Assembly: GCA_051294905.1 (NCBI GenBank)
Contig: CM119372.1
Coordinates: 12,648,001-12,712,000, forward strand
Length of the DNA: 64,000 nucleotides
Source of the DNA: Botryllus schlosseri
Lineage: Eukaryota
Direction of reading: 5' to 3'
A program made the position numbers and the translations under genes. The notes under the pieces are model-generated. The model was not told where the DNA came from and searched no databases. It saw only the letters and a list, made by a program, of their open reading frames with translations. Below, in pieces: positions 51,480-62,000 of this stretch. How positions within the stretch are numbered: the first letter of the stretch is position 1; each line of letters opens with the position of its first letter.

Positions 51480-51516
51480 ACACCTGATGAAGGAGCAGCG
51501 CTCCGAAAGCTCGTGT
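51480..51516 (+). ncRNA. Minimal type-I hammerhead ribozyme in the PLE 3' repeat
   Basis: ACAC-CUGAUGA-A-GGAGC(AGC)GCUCC-GAAA-GCUC-GUGU: stem I ACAC/GUGU, 5-bp stem II, palindromic AGCU stem III, predicted cleavage after C51512; AATAAA at 51521. Confidence 0.82.
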
Positions 51517-52074
51517 AACTAATAAAGTTATATTCATTCGCAAGTGGACGTTAAATAGAGTGTGAAAGCTACCAAGGTCTTACACTTCATCAAGTAACTT
51601 TCCTGCCAATAGACAAAACCTGATCTACATTATGTAGTCAAGTTCACTCTCATATGCCAAAGCTGAGCATGAGCATGAGCATATGCTCACAAGCTCAGTA
51701 TTGAGTGCGCACAAGAAGTAATTGCGTCAAAGAATCGCTGTTACAATCAAGATCCAGCAGTGCGCCCTTATATTCTTGCATGTTATACATTATACAACAT
51801 CGTCGTACCGACAGGGTTATATATCCAACCATCAGTAAGATATAACTTATACGGAATAAGTAATGGCTCAGTGTATTAAGAAAGATAAATTTTCTTCAAT
51901 AATATTCTTTTCAGCAAATGTGTCATGATTTCAATGCTCGGGGAAATCGACTTCGACTTCCAATTAGGGCAGGGGCGGGCAACATACGGCCCGCGGGCCG
52001 GATCTGGCCCGCGAAGGGATTTTGACCGACCCACAGAGAGTTTCTACCTTGAAAGTGAAATTCTAATCTGAAAG

Positions 52075-52630
52075 TACAATTGAATAGTATATTCATATTG
52101 AAATGAACCCGAATATTTTCGGCTGACACTCGTCAGCAACCAGTAGAGAATTGGAAAGAAAATTGTATAGCAATAATCGTAGAAAACGTGCATTACGCTC
52201 GGTGAAAAGCTCGCCCATGATGACTCATCCGCTCAAGGTTGATACTGAGCGATCAAAGGCCAGAAACTATGTCATTGACAAGCATTTGTTGGATAATCCA
52301 GCTTGTGCAAAAAATTATCGAGAACACAGATTTCGCGTCATCGGAAGGGGTCGCTCACACTTTCATCTGTGTCCCATGGAGGCGACCTATATCAAAAAAT
52401 ATTAGCCGAAGCTTTGTCTACAGAAGGAGTTCGTGTACCATCTTAAATGGTACATTGAACGCTCTCTAATTTGAGATTACATTCCAAGCTGGTGTCGACA
52501 CATTTTGTGATGCGATTGCTGATATACAAGGTTCTTCCCAATTCTCTACTGGTTGCTAACGATTACCCCTGACGAGTGTCAGCCGAAAATATTCGGGTAC
52601 ATTTCAATATGATTATACCATTCAATTGTA
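52075..52630 (+). mobile_element. Mini PLE-derived element: GIY-YIG C-terminal fragment between inverted hammerhead-bearing arms
   Basis: Arms ~52075-52180 and ~52510-52630 are inverted; the interior encodes KHLLDNPACAKNY...FRVIGRGRSHFHL..MEATYIKKY*PKLCLQK. Confidence 0.75.
52564..52599 (+). ncRNA. Minimal hammerhead ribozyme motif (second family)
   Basis: UACCC-CUGACGA-GUGUCAGCC-GAAA-AUAUUC-GGGUA: 5-bp stem I, palindromic AAUAUU stem III, UUC triplet; stem II only 1-2 bp. Confidence 0.65.
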
Positions 52631-52763
52631 TATTGAACTTCTGTACCTCCAAGAAGCTCATTAATCTGAAACTATTGACAATTTTATGCGTCACACAATG
52701 AATCCCAGTTTGCCAACCTGGGAAAGATGGACATGAAACTACTTGCTCTGTTCGGGTGTACAT

Positions 52764-54310
52764 CAGAGTTGGATCAATTACATTATTTCAGTTCAATTAC
52801 AATTACAATTACAATTACTTTCATGCATGTTTCAATTACATTACAATTACAATTACTCCATGCTAAAAATATCAAATTACAATTACAATTACAATTACTC
52901 CTTGCATGCTTCAATTACATTACAATTACAATTACAATTGCTGCTGTTGAACATGTAATTGAATAATCATAAATTCAAGCGTGCTCCTTGACAACCGTAG
53001 CGTCGTATTTAACAACAATTCAAGTCTAGTTCAGATTGTGTAGTAATAAATGCGTTTATGTGCGTACATAGTATGCTATGTAAGATCTCATTGTGACGTA
53101 AGACGTAATATAAGCGTGTTTTGTATGCTCGGTAATTATGGCTCACGTAATTGGAAATGTAATATGGTATTTACCTAATTTCCTATGGGTTAGGATTAAG
53201 GATAGGGTGCAGTATGTCGTTGAAAAAGTATTATAATATATGCACGCGTTGGATTTGCGTATATAGTATATAATTAAAGAAATAATATTATTTTTATCGA
53301 GGGACGTAGGAATTAGGATGAGGAGTAAAAACAAAACCGTGCTTTGTCAGATAAGACGTTATATAATATCCAGTGGTCTGGTTAGTTAGCCAGACGAAGT
53401 AACGATGCAGCATCGTGATCTGAAATCGTATTGTAGATTGCCAACCCACGGATAGATGCGCAAGATGTGAGTCACGGATGAATGCACCGACAAACGTACT
53501 GCAGAGCCGGCTAAAAGCAGCAAACTTTGTAGTCCTAGAGCTGGCGATCCATGCGTCCAAATTTGATGCATCTGGTCTTTATCGTAAGCTATTGATGTAC
53601 TAATTCCGAAAATACAAAATAAAATCTCGTCAGGGCAATGTATCTGCCATAAAATAGCCGTTTAAGGCCGACTTTTCTGAAAAGTGAGAGCGCTGCAGCA
53701 GCATGACCACAACAATTACCAATTACGCCCAGCGATTGTTCAGAACAATGCCGATTCCCAGACTTTCACGACTATTTTGGGATGGTACCATTGCCTGGAA
53801 ATATACTTTTATTGCGGAATCAATGCGACACTAGCTGTCGATTAGGACCATACATATCAAATTTCGACGCTTGGATCACCAGCTATGGGACTATCAATTC
53901 TGCTGCTTTTAGCCGGCTCAGCAGTTTGCTTCTCGGCGTATTCAATCGTGAGTCTCGTGTTGCGAATCCATCCGTTGGTTAGTAATCTAAAAATTGTATA
54001 CAATGGCAGCCGAGGCCAGCATAGCGGTAAAAAAAAAACTTCGCCCGCAAGGGCGCAGTCAAGGGCTTCCGCCAATGGATCCACCAAATTCCTTGTCGAC
54101 ATTTAAAGAGAATGCATTATAAGTCAAATATTTTATGTTGTGCTTGTCAGGTCTCAATAGCAATTTAATGTAATTGAAATTGAGCAAAATTTTTGTCAAA
54201 TTACAATTACAATTACAATTACACAAAATAAAAATGCTTCAATTACAATTAAATTACAATTACATTGAAAAATGTAATTATTACATTCAATTACAATTGA
54301 TCCAACTCTG
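52764..54310. mobile_element. hAT MITE with (CAATTA)n subterminal arrays
   Basis: TIRs CAGAGTTGGATCAATT / AATTGATCCAACTCTG; perfect TSD GTGTACAT. Confidence 0.92.
53432..53990. mobile_element. Foldback MITE related to 44757-45110, nested in the hAT MITE
   Basis: Diverged inverted arms ~53432-53570 and ~53855-53990; spacer attcc.aaaatacaaa.taaaatct.gtcaggg is shared with 44930-44965. Confidence 0.65.
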
Positions 54311-55384
54311 GTGTACATATATTTTCGACCGTAAACATTAACGAGACAAGGCTACGTTCCAATATAACTGATATATAAACCAATGATGATGATATTAACG
54401 TGCAGTCTTTACTAAGAGTTTCTACATACTACATGCAGCCCGCGTCCAAACAACTAGTTGACAACTCTCACCGGCCACAGATGTCCGATTGACTTCAACA
54501 GCTATGTTAATAAATTCATTAGATAGGCTACTGTTTTGGTGTCAAGGCTTTATACTCAATGTTTACATTAAGTACGATTTATTTCTTATATAGTTGGATA
54601 AATATACGATTAATGTTTATATTCTGAAATCCAGACCGCAGAGTGCTTCATTTTCCCATATACGGCCCGCCGATCGAAGATGTTGCCCTGAATTAGGGTA
54701 TCATTACGTTTTGACCCAGGGATATCCCTGGTTTTGACCGAAGTGAGAATGAGAAGACAACCATTTAATTACGTCAACGCAGTTCTGCCGCGCAGATTTA
54801 TAGCCTCCGGTTGAGAATAGTGCTAATGCAGTGCTAGCGCGACGTAGTGCTAGATGATTTATTCAGGAGACCACGCCACTAAATGATTCCGATTTATATT
54901 GTTATCGTACCAATTTGTTACGGCAACAAGAAGCTTACGGGGATGTATCATAAATTGAGTATGGCGTGACTCTGAGGGATATGAACAAAAATTTAGAGAG
55001 ATACAAGAGAAAACAGTTTATCCCAGTTGTCCACTCAAGCATGTCAAAATGTGATTTTACAAAGCGATTGAATACTTTGTAAGTCATTCGCATACGCTTA
55101 AAAGAATGAAGGGGAGCTATACTTGATCGCTTGAATTATACACAATTTAGAGCGACGAGCATACAAGACTCCCGGCTGTTCATTCATAGAAAATTGAGAG
55201 ATTGCGTCGCCCCGGGCGCATAATCAGGACAGCAAGCAGTCAGCTGTGTTACAAAGATGTTGATATCATATGGAACAGACATAGAAGGAGATATCAGCAA
55301 TAGAATAAATTGAGTGATAGCTCTATCATTGTTCGTAGCATAGTACAGTCATCATCATTCCAATCCTCAAGGTCCCTCTAAAAC

Positions 55385-55456
55385 ATGAGTGGCCAAGATG
55401 GCGGTTTGATCGAGAGACTTCATCGGGTCGCTTCGACTTCTTCCAATCTCTTCACT
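55385..55456 (+). CDS. Possible upstream coding exon of the KCNMB-like gene (MSGQDGGLIERLHRVASTSSNLFT)
   Basis: aaacATG; phase-0 donor ACT|gtaacg is compatible with the acceptor at 55907. Weak donor, no homology recognised. Confidence 0.3.
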
Positions 55457-55907
55457 GTAACGCAATCTAGTAGATTTTTGAACTGATGAAATTCTTAAAA
55501 AAGAGAAAGTTATGTAATGTATAGTGTTATTGAAGATTTATTGACTTATTGACTGTTTTCGTAGGATACAGTACATAGTCAAAACTATAACGAGCTGAAG
55601 GGAGATAGATGTCAGTACTTTTGTAACAACTCTCACTCGAGTCACATCTGGATTACGCCGATATTTGCAATCCGTCGGATTTAACCCACAAAATTCCGAG
55701 TATGATTGTTCAGGGTTGTGATGTCATCAGAAAAATCTTTTGAAATTGTTACGAGTTTCTGACCACAATGAGTTTTGCTCGGCTGGATTTCGTCTGGTTG
55801 CGTGAATGTCTGTAGCTTAATTCGTTTTGGACCTGTAGGCCTATGATGTACATTGTACATTGTACACATGTACAGTCAGTTCTTGAAGTGTATCACGTTG
55901 AGTTTAG

Positions 55908-56060
55908 ATGACAACATACAGACCGTCGAAGCAAAAGCTGTACGATGTAGTTCCTTGTTCGATCGCAATTCTTGTGTTGTTATGCATAGTTAGCGTGGTG
56001 ACCGCAATCATAGTAGGAGTTCTGATCGCGAAACCCGGGTTATTGGCGCTAAATTTTAAG
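55908..56060 (+). CDS. KCNMB-like: KCNMB-like exon (N-terminus + TM1)
   Basis: tttag|ATG ACA ACA TAC...; donor AAG|gtaagt. Confidence 0.85.
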
Positions 56061-59000
56061 GTAAGTTTACTGAAATACGTAGGATGACTGCTGCTGGAGG
56101 TTATTAGGATTCAATTGCAATCTTACCGGCTCCGTGCAACGATAGAACTGGGTGAATATTTGAAGAGGTACGAAGTATCTTTACTATCGCGAGTACTAAA
56201 TAGGCATTGTACACTTACACTACTCACCCAACTTGTATATAACACTTTTTGTCACAAAACTACTTACTTTTTACGCATTGACTCTCCGAGGTTGCAAGTA
56301 GTTTTTGGATAGATCTACATCACATTTGTGAATAAGTATATGATAAGAGATGGACAAAATGGCTCGTGTATCATTATGACAGCAGACCTATATGTTTTCG
56401 AAAATTGCTTTATTTGTAATGCCCTCAGTCATTTTGTATCGTCACGACGATTCAGGACTCATTAAACACCTACTTGCTATTTTCCTCACGAATCTAGACT
56501 GTCACCGTGCTAAACATAATCATAAATCCCCTTTATTGGTGCCTGGTGGAAAGGTTTTCGATTCCTTTCTCGATTACGATCATGTACTTTACAGACAGCA
56601 ACTTGCGTTTCCTCGCACTCCGATTACAAAGCGGACATGCCTTGCGACTGCAGCGGGATATACAGTGACGATCCCCATTGCAAGTCGAGCTTTCCATGTT
56701 ACCAAATCACGGTCATGTTTGAGCCGAGTCGCGAGATTATCAAACACAACGAAAGTCACGTGAGTAAAATTGGTTCGCAATTGAAAGCGTCAGTTTTATA
56801 ACATAGACTGTTGCCTGGTCGTTATGCGTTTGACTGCTTATAAAAACGTCTTATATGTTATATGCTACTCGGATCTGTTTATTCAGACCAAATAAAGAGT
56901 CTCGTGCTGTTTCCATTTGTTATTAAATTGATACATACGACATCTTTCACGCCTGGTTATGACGCAGATAACTGTCATACCTTCGTCGTTTGGTTATCAA
57001 TAGTTTGACGGGAGCAAGCATATTTAGCAACACCAATGAACTAGAGATTGACATATAGAGCCTACTGGACTTTAGGTAGTCGGTACGCGCCAAAATTTTA
57101 GGAAACAGGATAGGATGCGGAATCAGACTATTTGCGAAATTGCTAGTAACTTTTTATTTGTCAAGGATTTAACGCGTGAAAACATGTACGCGGACCTCCA
57201 AGGTGTCCACTGTCCATCCATGGACTCAGGTTAATAACCCCCCGTTTAAACATTCCATCATATTCTCTTGGCGTTGTCCTTGATAATAATCGGAAGCATC
57301 TTTATGACAGATGTACTTCAAAAATGAAGCCGTTCTGAGGGAAACCGAAGCGGATTTTTCCGATCCAAACAGTCAGGTAATGCAAAATAGCAAAAGAGCA
57401 TTATTTACTTGCAAAATATGAATAAGCTTACTGAATATATATGAAGCCGCCTTGATTGAGGCGCCTTTATAATGTATTGCACGGAAATGACTTGGACAAT
57501 AATGGACATACATACCGAGTGATTAACACATCGCGTAACTTCAAATGACAGTGTTCCTTTCGGCAATGTCACCCGGATTACAAGAAAAACAAAGTGGTAT
57601 CCGAAGCTTTCAGAAACCAGTACGGCGATACAGGTGATTCGTTCCTGTGCTTCTACAACCCCCACAATATGAACCAGGTACGATGAATGTTTCGGATTAG
57701 GCATTCGACAAGGGTTCTTATTCTTAACCTTTTTCGTACCCCTTCCCCCTCAACAAGAACCGTTATAATAGGGGGGTTACCATACGTCCTCTTTTAAGAG
57801 GATTTGTCCTCTTTTTTGACTTTTGTGAAAGTGTCCTCGGAGGACGCCCTTTTGTCCTCTTATTTGAGATTTTGTCCTCTTTTTTGAAAATTTAGGTCAA
57901 GCTTAGAGCAATATGCGAGTGATATGCCGTAAATTAGCACAGAAGTGACGCTCCGGCGGGCATTTCGGAGTGAAAAACGGTGATTTGAGCGCTGAGCGAA
58001 AAGTTGACTTTTTTTTTAGTCATCCACCTAGCATTGTGGAGAGAAAAACGGTATTTTGAGCTCTAAGCGGAAAATTGAACTTTTTTTTTTTTTTAGTCAA
58101 CCGATCACAAAGTTGGAAAAATTCACCGATTTTTGAGAATTCTTCTCCTGTTTTGCAAGTCTCAAATTTCTGAAAAAGTGTCCTCTTTTTAGATTTACAA
58201 AATATGGTAAGCATACGTTATAACCTTTAAGCATTTCAAATAAAATGTGGACCGGATATAGATTATGGGTAAAACCACTGGCCGTTACGTTCACAGAACG
58301 GAGGCATTTTAGTAGTTGAGGACACAAACATACTTCCGTAAAATATCGATATCGGCCATCTGAGCTAAAAATATATCGGCACTTTTCGTGACGTCACACC
58401 ACAGTAGTATGATCAGGGAACTATAATATGCGACCACAACACCGAAAATGAATGCCGGCTTGCATCCTGAAGCGGTCAAAGTAGTCATCGTAGGTACACC
58501 AGTAGAAGTAGAATTAACGTCGTGCATTTCTACTCGAGTGCAACTAGAAGTGACGATTTCCAAGTAAGTAAAAATGTAAGAATTTTATAGGCCTAAAAAC
58601 TGAATACTGTTAAGTAGAATTAGTGTAAAATAATAGCTACTGGAGTATTTAGTGCAAGTAGGTAAAAACCAGGGCTGTGGAGTCGGAGTCGGAGTTGGGC
58701 TAATATTCGCTTGATGGAGTCGGAGTCGGAGTCGGAGTTGGGAAAACTATAATGGCTGGAGTCGGAGTCGGAGTCAGAGTCGTGGGAAAATACTGACTGG
58801 AGTCGGAGTTTATGAAAATGACCCTGACTTCGACTCCGACTCCGACTCCAACTTCTCAATCACGAAAACAATTGCTTTCAAAGGATTTTCAATATAATTT
58901 TTATGTACCACCAATCACTGTTTTTAATAATCATACAGATCAGGTGCGACCAACCCGTGTCACGCAGGCCAAATGTGGCCCGCGAGAAGGTTTTGTGTTG

Positions 59001-62000
59001 TCTGCGAGGTAATTCTCGAAATTATTTATAACATCAGGTAAAATTGCAAGGCCAACCAAAATTTGATTAGCCTGACCGCGAAATTTGATGATGACTAAAA
59101 CATCAGCCAGCTCTGACGCATTGGCGTATCCGGGGACCAGCCACATTTATCGCAGATCTTCGTATATGACCATAAATAGATTATTTCGTAGCAGATTTAT
59201 TGAACTTGGAATTGAGTCTAACTATATTCGCAATTAGTAGATAACGTGTCGTCCAACATGCGGCTTAGCTTGTGCTCTCGCAGCGAGATCGTCGACGACG
59301 AAACATTTGCACAAAATGATAGAGGCATATTCACCGAAACCGTCGATATTGCCATGTCTAACGTTGAATAATTCTGTCCTTGCCAAATGAGCCCAGTGGT
59401 GTACAGATGCGACCCCCGATATCTGTTAATAGCATACTTATTTATAGAATTCAGTCATTAAGCGCGACCAGAGCATGACTACACACTGGACAGTTTCATG
59501 ACATAATTGTTATCAATTTTACAGCGTAGTAATATAAATATTGTTTGCAATGTTACCTAATTCGGTTCACTTCTATTGGATGTCTAAGAAAGGTTATCAA
59601 CATTCCAGTTGCCCGCGCAATGGTTCGTAAATCTCATGTGTCCCTTTGGCCGAAAAAGTCGGCCACCCCTGATATCGATAAAATTAGACATTACTTGCAA
59701 ATTACAATTCAGTTGCACAGAGGAAGAAAATCGCAATATGCATTTTCGCGATGCAATCAAAATTGATGCAACTTTCGGAATTATACCATGATACTGTGGC
59801 AGAGCAAATGCATAGGTTTTGTAAAATTATAAAATCGATGTAAATGTAACCAAACGATGCTTCCCACTTGACAAAATTGAAAATATTTGTAGTGTAGCTT
59901 ATAGCTGTTTGGGTCGAACAAATGATTAAGAAAGACTGCAAGTCTTAGTCTCTTAGTACTTGAATACTTGACTAAGTACATGTAGACTAGACATAGGCTA
60001 TGATATTTGACTACTTACTAAATTTCATTTATGACCAATGTCTATTAGTAGTAAGAGTGTGTGTGCTTGTAATCAGTATAGTGTGTAGTTAGAAAATTAG
60101 TAAGTTCAATCTCTGTATTAGTTGCTGACTCATGCACATGTGCAAGAGCTACAATTGGATTTTTTATCTACATTTTGTATATACAGGATTAGATATATGT
60201 CATATTTTAATGATTCATACATATCAGGATATTAGAGAGTCCATGTTATAAAAACTTATAAAATATGACAAAGGGTGGATATTTAGCAAATCATTCCTTC
60301 ATGTTAACTGCATAGTGGATAATTCGAGCTGTGCCACATTGAAACAATTTTCCATGCCACCGTTGATCACATGTTTGAATATGTTTAATGGTTGTACGAT
60401 AGTCATTCAACCGACAGTGTGGCATATAATTTTCGAAGTAAATTGGTAATGCTGTTGTAGTCGGAGTCGGAGCCGGAGTCGGTAAGTTTAAATACTCGGG
60501 AGTCGGAGTCGGAGTCGGTACGTTTAAAGACTCAGGAGTCGGAGTCGGAGTCGGTATATTGAAAATGTGTGGAGTCGGAGTCGGAGCCGGAGTCGGTGGT
60601 AAAATTTACCGACTCCACAGCCCTGGTAAAAACTGCTTGGAAACGGTACTACTTGAAAAACGCTCTGGAGTTTTTGTAATGCGCCTTATGCTAGCTGCAG
60701 CAATTTATCGGCTGAATATATCGGGGTTATCGGTGAAAGTGATAATCATCAGTTTTATCGGTATCGACACAACAATCCGATCGGTTGCGTCCTAACTAAA
60801 TACCCACAATCCACACGATATAAGTAGAGTTACCTTACATAGCCTTCTTTGTCCTCAGTTTTGAAGAAATGTCCTCCCTTCGTCCAAGTGACCTCCTTTG
60901 TGACAATTTGTCCTCCTTTTTAGCCCAAGATGCCCCAAAAGACCACAAAAGACGTTAAGTTACGGCTTAAAGATAGTAGACGGGTTACGCGGGAGCATGG
61001 CCTACTTGGCCATGGCGGGAGTAAAGTCTGAAAAATGACCTGTTTTTAGTCAACACAGCAAAATTTCTGGCAAATATAACAAAATCAGCTGTTTTCAATT
61101 TCGGTAAACTAACTTTTAAATTTTATAAAAGTGTCCTCTTGCCGTGATTCCAAAATATGGTAACCCTGCATAAAAGCCAATGCAGATGCACACCACTAGT
61201 AAGGACCATAGCGGTTGTCAATTTCGTTTTTCTCAGAGCGTCACTTCATCTATCCGGATAACGCTGTTCTATCACTATCGTAGGTTAGGCCTACCCTTAT
61301 AGTTGACAATATTATGGCACCCACTTGTCCACAAGTACTGTAAAGAGGAACCTACTTTTCTTTTATAATCGACCGGTCAAATAAATCAGCTGCTTGAAAG
61401 AGAACACAGTTGTTGCAAATTTAGATCGTGCTATTGTTCCCCGATTGAGCATAAATGAGTTTACAATAGTTGACCGTTCGCGTAAAATACAATTGTTCAC
61501 CTGTACTAGCATGAAATTCAGTACGGCAGTAAACATGATGAATGTAGTGATGTTTTGAAATGATGAAATTATTAAACCAAACCAAACCAAACCAAACTAA
61601 ACTGAACTTAACATGAACATTTATATTTAGGTTGTTGCGAAAAAAAGATTCCACTCCAGTCACATTCTCTTGGCGCTAATTCTTCCGTCGTCATTGTTCC
61701 TGCTTTTTCTGCTCATACTGGTAACAATGTGCATTATCCAATACCTAAAAGCAGAAAGAAAAAAACGACAGCCTCAAACCAATGCCAGGTCGGGCCCGAG
61801 GAACTATCTCGGAAGAGACATGCCAGCATTTGAGCCCGACGAGTCAGTCGAAAACCCACAGCCTTTGCCGGATCCATTCGCGTCAATCAACGACATGCTG
61901 TCGTCAGACAGCGGAGAGAAACGTAGATGCAGTGATGTGGAGCAGGATCAGCAGCATGTCGACAACGTCTCGTATTCCCAAGTGGAGTCGGTAGAAATCA

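Larger units (their letters stand above)
48036..51583 (+). mobile_element. Penelope-like retroelement, 5'-truncated, with an inverted duplicate of its 3' end
   Basis: RT + GIY-YIG ORF; 48081-49163 is the reverse complement of 50499-51583; candidate TSD ACACTTCATCAA at 48024-48035 and 51582-51593. Confidence 0.93.
51970..54690. mobile_element. Charlie-type hAT non-autonomous element hosting nested insertions
   Basis: CAGGGGCGGGCAAC left end; GATGTTGCCCTG right end (internal deletion); perfect 8-bp TSD AATTAGGG. Confidence 0.8.

Noticed and set aside
52727-52966. ORFs rich in ITITIT / LQLQLQ / NYNYNY
   Set aside because: Translations of the (CAATTA)n subterminal array of a hAT MITE.
55681-55869. 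62-aa minus-strand ORF as the terminal exon of another gene
   Set aside because: No homology and no partner exons found; it lies just upstream of the plus-strand KCNMB-like exon.
58670-60625. GGAGTC and other regularly spaced repeats as a CRISPR-like array
   Set aside because: Eukaryotic context, no unique spacers, no cas genes; they are MITE subterminal repeats bounded by TIRs and a TSD.
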